A DNA stretch of 64,000 nt from the NCBI GenBank assembly GCA_964602245.1, contig CAZRPY010000005.1, forward strand, positions 6,176-70,175. The letters run 5' to 3'. Positions within the stretch are counted from its first letter, which is position 1. Each line of letters opens with the position of its first letter. Positions 1 through 9,945 of this stretch are shown piece after piece. The position numbers and the translations under genes were made by a program. Below the pieces are notes generated by a model. The model was not told where the DNA came from. It searched no databases and was given only the letters and a program-made list of their open reading frames with translations. This DNA comes from an uncultured Methanosarcinales archaeon (GTDB lineage Archaea > Nanobdellota > Nanobdellia > Woesearchaeales > JACPIF01).

Positions 1-752
1 CTCAAGTACCTATTAGCATAAAAGTCTTCTGGGCATTCTTATCTTGGTTTCTTCTATGGGCTGGTGTAACAGTTTTTAATTCATATTATGATAAAGACAA
101 AATGCCTGTAGCAGGTCTTAGAAGACCGCCTAAGGTAGCAGAGTCAATGTTTATTGGCAGCTTAGTGCTCAAGATTTCTGGTTTAATCATAGCATTTTGG
201 ATAAATTTTTTCTTTTTATTGCTATACATTATAATTACATTACTTTCCATTCTATACTCACACAAATATTTTAGGTTAAAATCAAATGCATTCATTGCAC
301 TTTTCTTTAATTTCATAGCAGGTTTTGCTACTTTCTTTGCTGCCGCATCTTTAAGTAATACTATTTTAACATTACCAAACATTATCGGAGCTATAAGTGC
401 AGGATTATTCTTAGTAGCTATTTATCTAATGATGCAAATACACCAAGTAAAAGAAGACAAAGCTAGAGGCGATATCTCTTATACTGTAAGGTTTGGAAGA
501 AGTATAACTTTAAAAACTGCTTTTATAATAATGCTTATAGCAGGTGTTCTTGGATTAGCTACTTTTTATATAGCTTCTCTAGTAGTTTATGTCATAATAA
601 TTTTACTATACTTGATTATTGGCTCCATATTACTTCTTCTTTGGATTAAGAACAAGAATAAAAGATTAGATTATGATACTATGAGCAAAGTAACCAATTA
701 TTTCTCATTTACAGGCAATCTATTGTTGTTAATTTTGTATTTTTTCCTTTAG
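1..752 (+). CDS. UbiA-family prenyltransferase (5' partial, frame open from window start)
   Basis: Frame is open upstream of 102 (..FNSYYDKD.., NxxxD motif); second acidic motif QIHQVKED; multi-TM protein. Confidence 0.8.
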   Translation, partial: QVPISIKVFWAFLSWFLLWAGVTVFNSYYDKDKMPVAGLRRPPKVAESMFIGSLVLKISGLIIAFWINFFFLLLYIIITLLSILYSHKYFRLKSNAFIALFFNFIAGFATFFAAASLSNTILTLPNIIGAISAGLFLVAIYLMMQIHQVKEDKARGDISYTVRFGRSITLKTAFIIMLIAGVLGLATFYIASLVVYVIIILLYLIIGSILLLLWIKNKNKRLDYDTMSKVTNYFSFTGNLLLLILYFFL

Positions 753-838
753 CTATTAAATAAAAGATAACCTTTAAATAGCTAAAATCTATACTTTTCT
801 ATATATCACTTATAAAAATCTATATTTGGGGGTGCCTT

Positions 839-961
839 ATGGATGAAGTTATGAAAAGGATTGAGATAATCCAGAATATTGCCCAAAGAATCCTGGACTC
901 TGGTATTACAACTGATAGAAAGCTTGCACAAGAGATTGCCAGAAGATGGTATAAGGGCTGA
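839..961 (+). CDS. small hypothetical protein (40 aa)
   Basis: ATG after GGGGTG RBS; MDEVMKRIEIIQNIAQRILDSG... Confidence 0.5.
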   Translation: MDEVMKRIEIIQNIAQRILDSGITTDRKLAQEIARRWYKG

Positions 962-968
962 AAATAAA

Positions 969-1158
969 GGCGTCGCAGACCTAGTATGGTGCGCAGTTCG
1001 CACCCATAATGCAAATTTAAAATAGATTTATTTAAAAAATATAATAAAAATTAATATTTGCAAATATATAATAAAAATATAAAATAAATTATTAATTAGA
1101 ATTCTATAACACACTATAAGTATCCTCAAATAAATTGTGAGTGCCATTAGCCACAGGC
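969..1158. repeat. dispersed intergenic repeat family 2, copy 1 (GGCGTCGCAGAC ... GAGTGCCATWAGCCACAGGC)
   Basis: Same termini and AT-rich core as 57846-58117; partial copy at 63946-64000. Confidence 0.8.
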
Positions 1159-1207
1159 ATCTCTCTATTTTCAGTTACCTTTTTATAATACCCTATTTTC
1201 CCTTAAA

Positions 1208-1906
1208 TTGATGGCTATAATAAATTATCTATTAATTGCACTAGGAGCTGGCATCATAACCATACTTGGAGGACTTTTATCCCTTAAGATAAAAAATGAT
1301 GCTTCTGTAAGATATTGGATTGCTCTTGCATCTGGTCTGTTGATAGGAACAGCGTTATTTGAAATGCTCCCTGAGATTGAAGGAAAATTCTTTGTAGTGG
1401 CAATTGGCTTTTTTTTCATGTATGTTCTAGCTAAGCTTCTATTAATACATGCCTGCGGTGAATATGAATGTGAAATCCACACTATAACCTGGCCTGCACT
1501 GCTTAGCATGGCAATAGATAATATTGTAGATGGAATGGCAATCGCTTCAGGTTTTCTAGTAAATCCATTAACTGCTTTAGTTATAGCTTTAGCAATTTCA
1601 ATACACGAAGCAATACAGAGCTTTTCAGCAGTAATAATAATGAAGAAAGACAGATATCCTAGATGGAAGATATTCTCAACAATAATCTTGTTTGGCATAA
1701 CAATACCATTAGGAGCATTATTTTTTGGAACATTACTTTCAAATTACCTGACTTATCTGTTAGCATTCGCCGCAGGAGTTTTTATCTATGTTGGCGCATC
1801 TGATTTACTGCCAGAAGCACATCAGAAATTCAATATTGGCGTTGTAGCCTCAGTAGTCCTAGGAGCAGCAATCGCTCCAGTACTGCACTTTTTATTGGGT
1901 GCATAA
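1208..1906 (+). CDS. ZIP-family (ZupT-like) metal transporter
   Basis: DNIVDG, IHEAIQ, GVFIYVGASDLLPEAH motifs; multi-TM. Confidence 0.9.
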   Translation: MMAIINYLLIALGAGIITILGGLLSLKIKNDASVRYWIALASGLLIGTALFEMLPEIEGKFFVVAIGFFFMYVLAKLLLIHACGEYECEIHTITWPALLSMAIDNIVDGMAIASGFLVNPLTALVIALAISIHEAIQSFSAVIIMKKDRYPRWKIFSTIILFGITIPLGALFFGTLLSNYLTYLLAFAAGVFIYVGASDLLPEAHQKFNIGVVASVVLGAAIAPVLHFLLGA

Positions 1907-1920
1907 AAGAAATCTACAAA

Positions 1921-2517
1921 TTAATAAACCGCCTTTCTCCTTCTCTCTCTTGATATCAACCTTTCAAGCACATCTATCTGCCTCATCAATCTTAACTTTT
2001 CATTATCTGCAGCTAATATTTTCTGTGCATATTTTGTAAGCTCAAAATCCTCTTTCTTTATCCTGCTAGAAACATGAATAAGTTTTTCTATCTCTATCCC
2101 AAGTTTATTTGTCCGAGCAGCTATACTCTCAACCTCTTTTTTTAGCTCGTTAAATGAAGCAACATCAGTCTTTAATCTTTCTATATTACTCATTAATTCT
2201 CTTCTAAACTCATCTGACATTTGTTCAAGCATTGTTTTCTGCATCTTGCTCTTTAGAATTTTAAAATCATCCACCTCTTTCTCTAACACTTTTCTTGCTT
2301 CAGAAATCTTATTTAAGCTCTCAAATAATTCTCTCATAATCTTTCCTTGCTTCTCAGTAATATCTTTAATCTCTTCCTTTATTTGAGAGAACTCCTTCTT
2401 TAGCTCACTGCTTTCCCTTGAAACAATATTCAGCCTTAGAAACTGCTCCTCAAGCTTAGCATTTATCTCATCAATAGAATCCTTGCTGTTAATTATGCCT
2501 TTTATTTTTTCTATCAT
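1921..2517 (-). CDS. coiled-coil hypothetical protein (likely start MIEKIK at 2517)
   Basis: Heptad-rich ORF; the longer start lies inside a MITE. Confidence 0.7.
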   Translation of the reverse strand: MIEKIKGIINSKDSIDEINAKLEEQFLRLNIVSRESSELKKEFSQIKEEIKDITEKQGKIMRELFESLNKISEARKVLEKEVDDFKILKSKMQKTMLEQMSDEFRRELMSNIERLKTDVASFNELKKEVESIAARTNKLGIEIEKLIHVSSRIKKEDFELTKYAQKILAADNEKLRLMRQIDVLERLISRERRRKAVY

Positions 2518-2570
2518 CTTTTTATCTAAAATACGAAAAACCAGGCTATATTTAAAGTTTACTAGAAAAT

Positions 2571-2897
2571 GGCCTAGTAGAAATCCTCTCACTTTCGTTC
2601 GGTTGGCAACAGGCTCGGCTGTCCTTGCTTTACTTGAAGACTGACACATTTCCCGTAACCATGGAAATCAGAGTCCTAAAAATCACATAGTGATTTTGGG
2701 AACTTGAAATCAGCAGATTTCAAGTATTTCCAGGGTGCCAAAAATGCTTTGCATTTCCTAGAAAATCTTTTGGATTTTCTGGACCAGAAAAGCTTGGCTT
2801 TTCTTGGTTTTAGCAGGAACATCCCCTTTGTCAGCTGGTTTGTTTTGGCCAATAAGCCTCGCAAAATTGTTGCCAACTTCAGGATTTCTACTTAGCC
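2571..2897 (-). mobile_element. MITE-like element carrying nested twin-hairpin insertions
   Basis: TIR GGCCTAGTAGAAATCCT / AGGATTTCTACTTAGCC (15/17); flanks TAGAAAAT / CAGAAAAT; architecture matches 5406-5570 in reverse orientation. Confidence 0.75.
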
Positions 2898-2953
2898 CAG
2901 AAAATACATAAATTATTTAAAGAGAGATATATCAATTATTCAAGTGATTATAT

Positions 2954-3166
2954 ATGAAATATAGGATTATATTAGAACAAGATGAGCAAGGGAATTTTGT
3001 AGCAGAATGTCCTTCATTACCTGGTTGTATCTCGCAAGGGAAAAACAGAGAAGACGCTCTAAAGAATATTAAAGATGCTATTCAAGGATATTTAGAAAGC
3101 CTCAAAAAACATAATGAACCTATTCCTCCTTCTATTGAAGAAGAGATGGTAGAAGTAAATGCCTAA
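2954..3166 (+). CDS. hicB: HicB-family antitoxin
   Basis: FVAECPSLPGCISQGKNREDALKNIKDAI motif. Confidence 0.92.
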   Translation: MKYRIILEQDEQGNFVAECPSLPGCISQGKNREDALKNIKDAIQGYLESLKKHNEPIPPSIEEEMVEVNA

Positions 3167-3441
3167 ACTTCCGATTGTTTCTGGAAAAGACTTAGTTAAA
3201 ACATTTGCAAAACTGGGTTATGAAATAGACCACCAAACTGGCTCCCACATTATCCTAAGACATAAACATTCTCCATATCGTAGATTAACAATTCCAAATC
3301 CCTAAAAAATCTAAGATTTTTTGGGTCCCAAAATTTGTAAACAAATTTTTAGGACACAAAGAGATTTCTACAGGCACACTTAGAGCTATTATAAGACAAT
3401 CTGGACTCTCAAGAGTAGAATTCTTGAATATGCTGGAATAA
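3159..3441 (+). pseudogene. hicA: HicA-family toxin interrupted by a 55-bp twin-hairpin insertion (3300-3354)
   Basis: MPKLPIVSGKDLVK..QTGSHIIL..RRLTIPN|HKEISTGTLRAIIRQSGL; removing 55 bp restores a 75-aa ORF. Confidence 0.9.
3300..3354. mobile_element. twin-hairpin mini-insertion
   Basis: CCCTAAAAAATC-TAA-GATTTTTTGGG followed by TCCCAAAATTTGT-AA-ACAAATTTTTAGGA; boundaries set by the hicA frame. Confidence 0.8.
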
Positions 3442-3442
3442 T

Positions 3443-4069
3443 CTAAAACCATCCCTTGCTTCTTGCCACATTCTGCACTACAAGAAACAAAACACTTACA
3501 ACAACCATAGCTCCATAAACCACTTTATTCCACTCAAATATCTTCTTGCCATCAAAGTTCCAGAATGGCAGCATATTGAATAATGCAAGCCAGGAATTTA
3601 TAATAAAGCCGTAAAATGCTATGGTATGCACTGCTCCAGTCTTAAAAACAAATAATCCGAGCAAGAAAACTAATGCAAATATTAAATTAGTCAAAGGCCC
3701 TGCCATGGAAATCTTACCATTCCTTCTCCTGCCAACTGTTCCTTGTATCATAACTGCTCCAGGTGCTGCAAATACAAATCCAAAGAATGACATTGCCAAA
3801 GCCAGCAAAAGCATTGTATCAAAGCTCCTGAACTCAGCAAAACATCCATAGTGCTGTGCAACTATCTTATGAGCCAGTTCATGTACTAAAAACCCTGTCC
3901 CAACTGTAAAAGCAGATATAATAAATGCAAAAATAAATTTTGAACTAAAATCAAAGCCATTAATAAGTATAGCAAATGCAATAGATATAGCTATCCAAGC
4001 TTTAGCTAAGTCAATTATCTCTTTCTCAGATGTCGGAAGTTGCCCTATCCTTATTTCTTTATGCTGCAT
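3443..4069 (-). CDS. M50-family (site-2) membrane metalloprotease
   Basis: HELAH, AGPLTN, FNMLP..DG motifs. Confidence 0.92.
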   Translation of the reverse strand: MQHKEIRIGQLPTSEKEIIDLAKAWIAISIAFAILINGFDFSSKFIFAFIISAFTVGTGFLVHELAHKIVAQHYGCFAEFRSFDTMLLLALAMSFFGFVFAAPGAVMIQGTVGRRRNGKISMAGPLTNLIFALVFLLGLFVFKTGAVHTIAFYGFIINSWLALFNMLPFWNFDGKKIFEWNKVVYGAMVVVSVLFLVVQNVARSKGWF

Positions 4070-4078
4070 TTTTCAGAA

Positions 4079-4648
4079 CTAAACATCTACAAATATCCTG
4101 TGCTTCTCTTCTCCTTGCAATTCTTCCATTATCCTCTTAATTACAACTTTTTCTGGGTCAGGCATTAACTTTACTCTTTCCTTAATGTCTTTAAAGCTCT
4201 CAAAAAGCTTTTGCTGCCTTGCTTCAAGTATTTCCCACATATGCTTCTTCCCCAAGCCAGGCAATAACTCTAATTGGTGCATTCTAGTGCTTAAAGGCTG
4301 AGCCTTGTTAAAGAAATCAATAAACCTTTTCTCATTTTGTTCAACTATATCCTTGACAACAAACTCCAGCTCACTTTTTGCAGTTGCTGTCAACTTACTC
4401 ATTGGCAGCTTTCCCAGAATATGGTGAATCTTATCCCTTTTTCCCTCCCCAATATAAACCTCTTCACCTGACTTAATAGCTGCAGCCTCTTTCTTGGGAA
4501 CCAGTTCAAGTAAAACAAAATGCTCTTTTCCAATTACCTGCACAACAGGCGTTTTCCTGTGGCTTGGCCTTGGATCTAAAGGATAGCCATTTGGCAGGAA
4601 ATCCAAGACTATTGCAGTTTCCTCCTTTGTTTTTCTTTCCAGCAGCAT
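4079..4648 (-). CDS. DUF655 putative nucleic-acid-binding protein
   Basis: RMHQLELLPGLGKK HhH motif; conserved position next to rpoF. Confidence 0.9.
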   Translation of the reverse strand: MLLERKTKEETAIVLDFLPNGYPLDPRPSHRKTPVVQVIGKEHFVLLELVPKKEAAAIKSGEEVYIGEGKRDKIHHILGKLPMSKLTATAKSELEFVVKDIVEQNEKRFIDFFNKAQPLSTRMHQLELLPGLGKKHMWEILEARQQKLFESFKDIKERVKLMPDPEKVVIKRIMEELQGEEKHRIFVDV

Positions 4649-4692
4649 TTTTAATCATGTCCAACATTTTGAAACTAACACAATTTCTATTT

Positions 4693-5031
4693 TTATTCTT
4701 TAATCGCATTAAGTATCTTTTTCAGGTTATCATCGCTGACACTCAGCACATACCCTTGTAAAACAGCCTTCAACTGCTCAATATTATTAGGCATTAAATC
4801 TACTATTTTTGTTAGATGTATTTCCTTTAATCTTGGTATATTCAGTTTTATTATTTTCTCTATTAGCTCATCAGCCTTTTTTGGGCTGAGCTTTACAAAA
4901 TGGTTAAGGTATTCCTCAGTTTTATTTGCCCTAAAGTTCAGTTCTCCATCCCTTTTCTTTATTCTTGCAAGCTCTTCCTTCACCTCTACCATTGTTAAAG
5001 GCTTGTCTCCAAATATCTCAATGCTAGCCAT
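4693..5031 (-). CDS. rpoF: RNA polymerase subunit F (Rpo4)
   Basis: ELNFRANKTEEYL..KIVDLMP; synteny rpl21e-rpoF-DUF655. Confidence 0.88.
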   Translation of the reverse strand: MASIEIFGDKPLTMVEVKEELARIKKRDGELNFRANKTEEYLNHFVKLSPKKADELIEKIIKLNIPRLKEIHLTKIVDLMPNNIEQLKAVLQGYVLSVSDDNLKKILNAIKE

Positions 5032-5321
5032 TATATCCCCCTTAAATGCACAGGATGCACAACTAAAGTTTTTTCTTTATTGCCATCCATTATTTTAATG
5101 CTGTAGCAAGATCCCTGTTGCCCGGTAATTATGCCAACTCTGCCATAAAATCTCAGGTTAAATATCCCTTTATGGACTCTAGGCTCCATGACTAAGGCAA
5201 CTTTATCATTTAAATTAAACTTTTGAAAATATCTTCTTAAGCTGAGTTTACCCCTATCCTTAGTCTCTTTCTTTAATTTATACCTAGATTTCCTTCTCAT
5301 TCCCCCTAGTCTCTTAACCAT
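5031..5321 (-). CDS. rpl21e: 50S ribosomal protein L21e
   Basis: RFYGRVG..GSCY..DGNKEKTLVVHPVHL. Confidence 0.95.
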   Translation of the reverse strand: MVKRLGGMRRKSRYKLKKETKDRGKLSLRRYFQKFNLNDKVALVMEPRVHKGIFNLRFYGRVGIITGQQGSCYSIKIMDGNKEKTLVVHPVHLRGI

Positions 5322-5405
5322 TTTACCCCCTAGTCCTAAACCTATTTAAATCAATTTACTAGCTATTGTATTGCCATACTATTATAAAAAGCTTGCGGAA
5401 AGAAC

Positions 5406-5570
5406 GGCCCTGTCCTAAATAAAGGGTTAGGTCATTTTTGTAAGCATTCTTCAATATACAAAATTACAGTTGACAGGGGGAAGTCCCTTACGGGGATGTC
5501 AACTTAACGGTTTTTACATCAAAATGCGAACCGACCTAACCCCGAGCAAAGCGAGATTTAGGACAGAGCC
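5406..5570 (+). mobile_element. 165-bp MITE with 15-bp TIR and 9-bp TSD
   Basis: TIR GGCCCTGTCCTAAAT / ATTTAGGACAGAGCC; TSD GGAAAGAAC at 5397-5405 and 5571-5579. Confidence 0.88.
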
Positions 5571-5578
5571 GGAAAGAA

Positions 5579-5869
5579 CTATATTTTACGCCATGAATAT
5601 CTAACATTAGGTGGGGTAAAAGTTTCGATAGTATATGCCCCTCCAGTATTAAATCCTACAAGACCCAATGTTCCTAGAGACACTTGGTACAAGGGAAATT
5701 CCTGCCCTCTAAAAGCATTGGCAATCTCAGGCGCATAAGTATAAACAGCTACAAATAGACCAACGAGTGCAAATTGCCATGTTGTGCGTAGCCTTCTTGC
5801 ACGATGCTCTTGCCTTAGCATATCCTCACAAAAAGGAAGCATAAGCTGTTTTTCTAAGGTCATATCCAA
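5579..5869 (-). CDS. hypothetical membrane protein
   Basis: ORF with two hydrophobic segments. Confidence 0.5.
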   Translation of the reverse strand: MDMTLEKQLMLPFCEDMLRQEHRARRLRTTWQFALVGLFVAVYTYAPEIANAFRGQEFPLYQVSLGTLGLVGFNTGGAYTIETFTPPNVRYSWRKI

Positions 5870-6104
5870 TAAAGTGTAAAGCAGGTTTTAATATTTTTTG
5901 TTTTATTACAATTGTCCACTGCGTATGCAAGTAGTCCATTTTGTTCAGATTACAGCTATGATAAGCGGACCAATCGCACCACAAGTTATTACCAACAATT
6001 AATGCACCAGCACCAGTTTCCGATACATTTAAATATACGTTATTCAAAAGATAAGGGTAGCAGTATTTGCTATAGAATCTGCTTTTAAAGAGGAGGGTCT
6101 GAAA

Positions 6105-6509
6105 ATGAAAGGATTTTTTTCAAAAATAATGAAAAGCGTTAAGGCTCCTGCAGCTAGCGATACCGAAGAAGGCTATGTAGAACTTGACACTGAGGGCCAA
6201 GAGTTTAAGTCAAAGATTATTGTCAGGCCTTTTGTGCTAAAGGATTTTGATGATGTAAAAGAGATTCTAGATTCTTTAAGAGAAGGTTATACAATTGCAT
6301 TAGTGAATATTAAGCCTTTAAAAGATAAGGACCTTGTAGAGCTAAAGAGGGCTATTAACAAGCTTAAGAAAACAACAGATGCCATTGAAGGTGAGATTGC
6401 AGGCTTTGGTGAAGATTATATTGTGGTAACGCCTTCCTTTGCCCAGATTTACAGGGCCAAAGAGCATCAGGAAGTAAAAAAGGCCAAGGACGAGATGGAG
6501 CTGGATTAG
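6105..6509 (+). CDS. sepF: cell division protein SepF (DUF552)
   Basis: IALVNIKPL..LKRAINKLK..GEIAGFGEDYIVVTP. Confidence 0.88.
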   Translation: MKGFFSKIMKSVKAPAASDTEEGYVELDTEGQEFKSKIIVRPFVLKDFDDVKEILDSLREGYTIALVNIKPLKDKDLVELKRAINKLKKTTDAIEGEIAGFGEDYIVVTPSFAQIYRAKEHQEVKKAKDEMELD

Positions 6510-6558
6510 AATTTTCTTAGGTTTTATTTAGTCTCTCTAGGTTTTCATTTCTTTTTAA

Positions 6559-6680
6559 CTTGCAACTTTGTGATAGAGTCTATACATGTCAGCTAGAGCA
6601 CTTTACAGCTCTGATATCGTGACTTCGTCCAGAATCACTAATGTGGTTAGCAGACTAACCGCGAGGCTCGTTAATGCAAT
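6559..6680 (-). repeat. structured repeat family 1, copy A (degenerate)
   Basis: TTGCA termini, GAGCCTC, GTAAAGTGC and GTCACGATATCAG shared with other copies. Confidence 0.7.
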
Positions 6681-6717
6681 TATTAATATATAATAAGTAA
6701 TATTATAAATTTGCAAG

Positions 6718-7635
6718 ATGCATAAAATGAGAAATAGCACTAGTGAAAAAGAGATTATTAGAAAATTACCAATATTGCATAAAGGGAATCTCAAAATCAA
6801 GCCTTTGAAAGGTGGAATGACAAATAATAATTATCTTGTTGTAAATAATAGTATTTGCTATGTGGCTCGTTTTGCACCTGAAAAAATAAGAATGCTTGGC
6901 CTGAATAGACAAAGAGAGATATATAATTATAGAATTGCTTCATCTCTAAAAATAGGGCCTAGGTTTATAGCATATTATCCTGCATATAAGCTTCTCATAG
7001 TAGACTATATCCATGGGAAACATATAGATCTAAAAACAATGCAAGATCCTACTATGATTAAAAAACTTGCTCGTTTACTCTATAAATTACACCACGCTAG
7101 GAATATGAAAGGCTCATTTAATCCTTTTAAAAGAGCAAAAAAGTACATACGAACAGCTAAGAAACTAAATAAATGGCTGCCTAAAGGAGTAGAGAAATAT
7201 TTCTCCATTTTTAGAAAAATTGAGAGATTATTCAGCAATAAACAGTTATGTCCTTGTCATTTAGATTTGATGAGAGAGAACATTATTCAAATGCCTAATG
7301 GAGGAATAAAACTTATAGACTGGGAATATGCAAGTAATGCAGATTATAGATATGATCTAGCAATGCTCTCGGTAAAAGGAAATTTTGATTTTAGTGCTGA
7401 TTGGAGATTAGTTAAGGAGTACAGGGGATTTAAAGATGTTAAATTGTATAGACAAATTCAAGCGATGAAAGCTGCTGTTTATTTTGCAGAGGCTTCGTAT
7501 GGTATAGTTCAATTTGCAATTTCTAATGGAAATATAATGTACAAAGATTATGCACTTCTGAATTTAAAAGATTTTCAGAAGGTTATTCCGAAAATTGAAT
7601 TAGATATTAGCTCAAATCAAAAATTATTTAAATAA
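6718..7635 (+). CDS. choline/ethanolamine kinase-like phosphotransferase
   Basis: GGMTNNNY, CHLDL..ENI, LIDWEYA motifs. Confidence 0.88.
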   Translation: MHKMRNSTSEKEIIRKLPILHKGNLKIKPLKGGMTNNNYLVVNNSICYVARFAPEKIRMLGLNRQREIYNYRIASSLKIGPRFIAYYPAYKLLIVDYIHGKHIDLKTMQDPTMIKKLARLLYKLHHARNMKGSFNPFKRAKKYIRTAKKLNKWLPKGVEKYFSIFRKIERLFSNKQLCPCHLDLMRENIIQMPNGGIKLIDWEYASNADYRYDLAMLSVKGNFDFSADWRLVKEYRGFKDVKLYRQIQAMKAAVYFAEASYGIVQFAISNGNIMYKDYALLNLKDFQKVIPKIELDISSNQKLFK

Positions 7636-7656
7636 AGATATTATGCTTTTTGTTCT

Positions 7657-8229
7657 ATGAAAAAGATGAGCAAGGAAAAAAAGAAGGCTGGAAATCCAAT
7701 GCAGGAAGTTGAAGAACTTGAAGAGCTTGACAGTCAGCCTTGTCCATTATGCCATCAAAAAACCTTAATTCTAACTGAATCAGAGACTGAGGTTCCTTAT
7801 TTTGGCAAAGTCTATCTCTACTCTATGACATGTAATAATTGCAAGTATCATAAAGCTGATATTGAATCTGCTGAAAAGAAAGAGCCAGTAAAATATACAT
7901 TTGAGATTTCTTCTGAGAATGATATGAAAGTCAGGGTAGTAAAGTCAAGCGAGGCAACTATTAAGCTTCCTCATATAACTACAATAACACCAGGTCCTGC
8001 ATCTCAGGGATATATAACTAATATTGAAGGGATTCTTAACAGAGTGAAAGCACAGATTGAAACATTAAGAGACACAGCAGAGGATGATGAAGACAAGACA
8101 AAGGCAAAAAAATTATTAAAGAAATTGATAAGAATCAAATGGGGCCAAGAAAAGCAAAAGATAATAATTGAGGATCCTTCAGGCAATTCTGCTATTATAA
8201 GTGAGAAGGCGCAGAAAACGAAATTGTAG
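7657..8229 (+). CDS. ZPR1 zinc-finger protein
   Basis: CPLC..VPYFG..CNNC; ITNIEGIL; IIEDPSGNSAI. Confidence 0.95.
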   Translation: MKKMSKEKKKAGNPMQEVEELEELDSQPCPLCHQKTLILTESETEVPYFGKVYLYSMTCNNCKYHKADIESAEKKEPVKYTFEISSENDMKVRVVKSSEATIKLPHITTITPGPASQGYITNIEGILNRVKAQIETLRDTAEDDEDKTKAKKLLKKLIRIKWGQEKQKIIIEDPSGNSAIISEKAQKTKL

Positions 8230-8280
8230 ATTTATTTACAAAACATTTTTATAGTAGTAATTAAAGAGTTTTACTGCATA

Positions 8281-8849
8281 ATGCAGGGAACTTATTTAGG
8301 TATAGACGAGTCAAATCATGGAAGGTTTCCAGAGATTTTTGTCGGTGTTCTATCAACTGACATTAGTGACACATTTTGGAAACCTAAGCAATTCTCAAAA
8401 ATAAGAAAAATACAGATATTTCAACACTATTAGCAGGAAGAGATTTTAAGTATTTGGCTATACCCTCTGAACTTGGTCTATTATTACCATCAAAAGATTC
8501 AATTAAGATTGTTGCATTCACAGAATTAATAAGGCATTACTTGGCATATGGTCTTAGGGAAGTTTATATTGACGGTGAAATTAGTGATTTTGTCATCGAA
8601 GAGGTAAGAAAGCAATTGTCAGTAATACCTACTATCAAGTATGGAGCTGATGCAGACAGGTCTGTAAAAATAGTTAATATTGCTGATGCAGTTGCGTATA
8701 GATTATTTACATACTATACTGAAACAATAGGTAATAATCATTCTAGATATTCTCAATTTGAGATAACTCCAAATCAAAGTGAATGTACTGCATTAATTAA
8801 ACATCCTAGTTTAGAAGCAAGAGTTACTGAAAAAGTTTTAGTAGGGTAA
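8281..8849 (+). pseudogene. frameshifted RNase H-like (DUF3800/RNase HII-like) gene
   Basis: 5' part MQGTYLGIDESNHG stops at 8433; -1 frame continues from the A5 run at 8406-8410 to ..NIADAVAY.. Confidence 0.6.
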
Positions 8850-8850
8850 T

Positions 8851-9855
8851 TCAATTTGTAACAACAACCCAGTCGTACTTTGGAACAGGTAATACTACTA
8901 TTCTATGTTGCACAGTAGTGTTATTAAGCCCAGGATCGCTAATTGCATCCATAAATTTCTTTGCTATACCTGATATTTCTGCATATACTGCTCCATCCCT
9001 TAGCCTAAATATATCATGACCCTTTCCTTCTGAAACAGCTCTTGATTTGCCTTCAGCAATATATTCCTTTATGCCATCATAAACTCCTTTATATTTAATA
9101 ATCTCTCTAGGAGACATCATGTCCATTACCAAGAATCTGCCAATTCTAAACCCATCTATGATAGTAGTATCTAAATCCTCGTCATGAATCATCTCTGCCT
9201 TTATTTTATCTCTTACATTCTCTATTATTATTTTTTCTATTAATTTAAGCTGCTCCTTTGCAATTCTATACCTTCTAGCATTTAATGGTGTTAATTTTCC
9301 AAAATCTCTTAATGACAAGTTAGCTAATGCTGTAGCATCTTCTAGATTATATTCTGGTGGATTATACTTAATTTCTGGTCTTTTCTCTGCAGTGAACATA
9401 ATCTCCGCTGTTCTAAATTGTCTATAGAGATCTTGAACTGATATATACAGCTTATTGTCTATTTCTAGAACTCCTTCTATCTTCTTGCCTGCTCCCCATT
9501 CACTTAGCATATTGGCCATATATTTTAGCAAACCTCTGCTCATCTCTGCATAGGAAGGGCTAAGTGCAGGTTTTTTCATCCAGAACTGTATATTGCCAAT
9601 CTTTAACTCAAGGCCACCTTTTCCATCTGGCTTTAGATCTCTAACATTCTCATCTTGTCTCCCATTCCATACCTGTACAAGGGTCTTTTCAAAGAAATCT
9701 GTAAAAGAGTCAAGTACTGGAACAGTCCATGTTGTTGCTGCAACATAAAGCTCCAAATCACTCTGCCTTAGATTGTCTATCTCTCTTTCCTCAGCTATTA
9801 CAGCTACATTTAATATATCATCAAATGATAATTGTTGGGAAATTGCTTTTGACAT
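8851..9855 (-). CDS. hypothetical protein
   Basis: Long ORF, likely start MSKAISQQ; no motif recognised. Confidence 0.7.
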   Translation of the reverse strand: MSKAISQQLSFDDILNVAVIAEEREIDNLRQSDLELYVAATTWTVPVLDSFTDFFEKTLVQVWNGRQDENVRDLKPDGKGGLELKIGNIQFWMKKPALSPSYAEMSRGLLKYMANMLSEWGAGKKIEGVLEIDNKLYISVQDLYRQFRTAEIMFTAEKRPEIKYNPPEYNLEDATALANLSLRDFGKLTPLNARRYRIAKEQLKLIEKIIIENVRDKIKAEMIHDEDLDTTIIDGFRIGRFLVMDMMSPREIIKYKGVYDGIKEYIAEGKSRAVSEGKGHDIFRLRDGAVYAEISGIAKKFMDAISDPGLNNTTVQHRIVVLPVPKYDWVVVTN

Positions 9856-9945
9856 AGAACATTTGCAAGTTAAAGAGCTATAAATTTTAATGTGGTGATA
9901 TATATAACCACAAATTATATATAGCCAATTAGCGTTCATTCTGAT

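Noticed and set aside
2518-2895. N-terminal extension of ORF 1921-2649 and ORFs 2676-2876 and 2704-2895
   Set aside because: They lie within the palindromic MITE and its nested inserts, so they are chance open frames.
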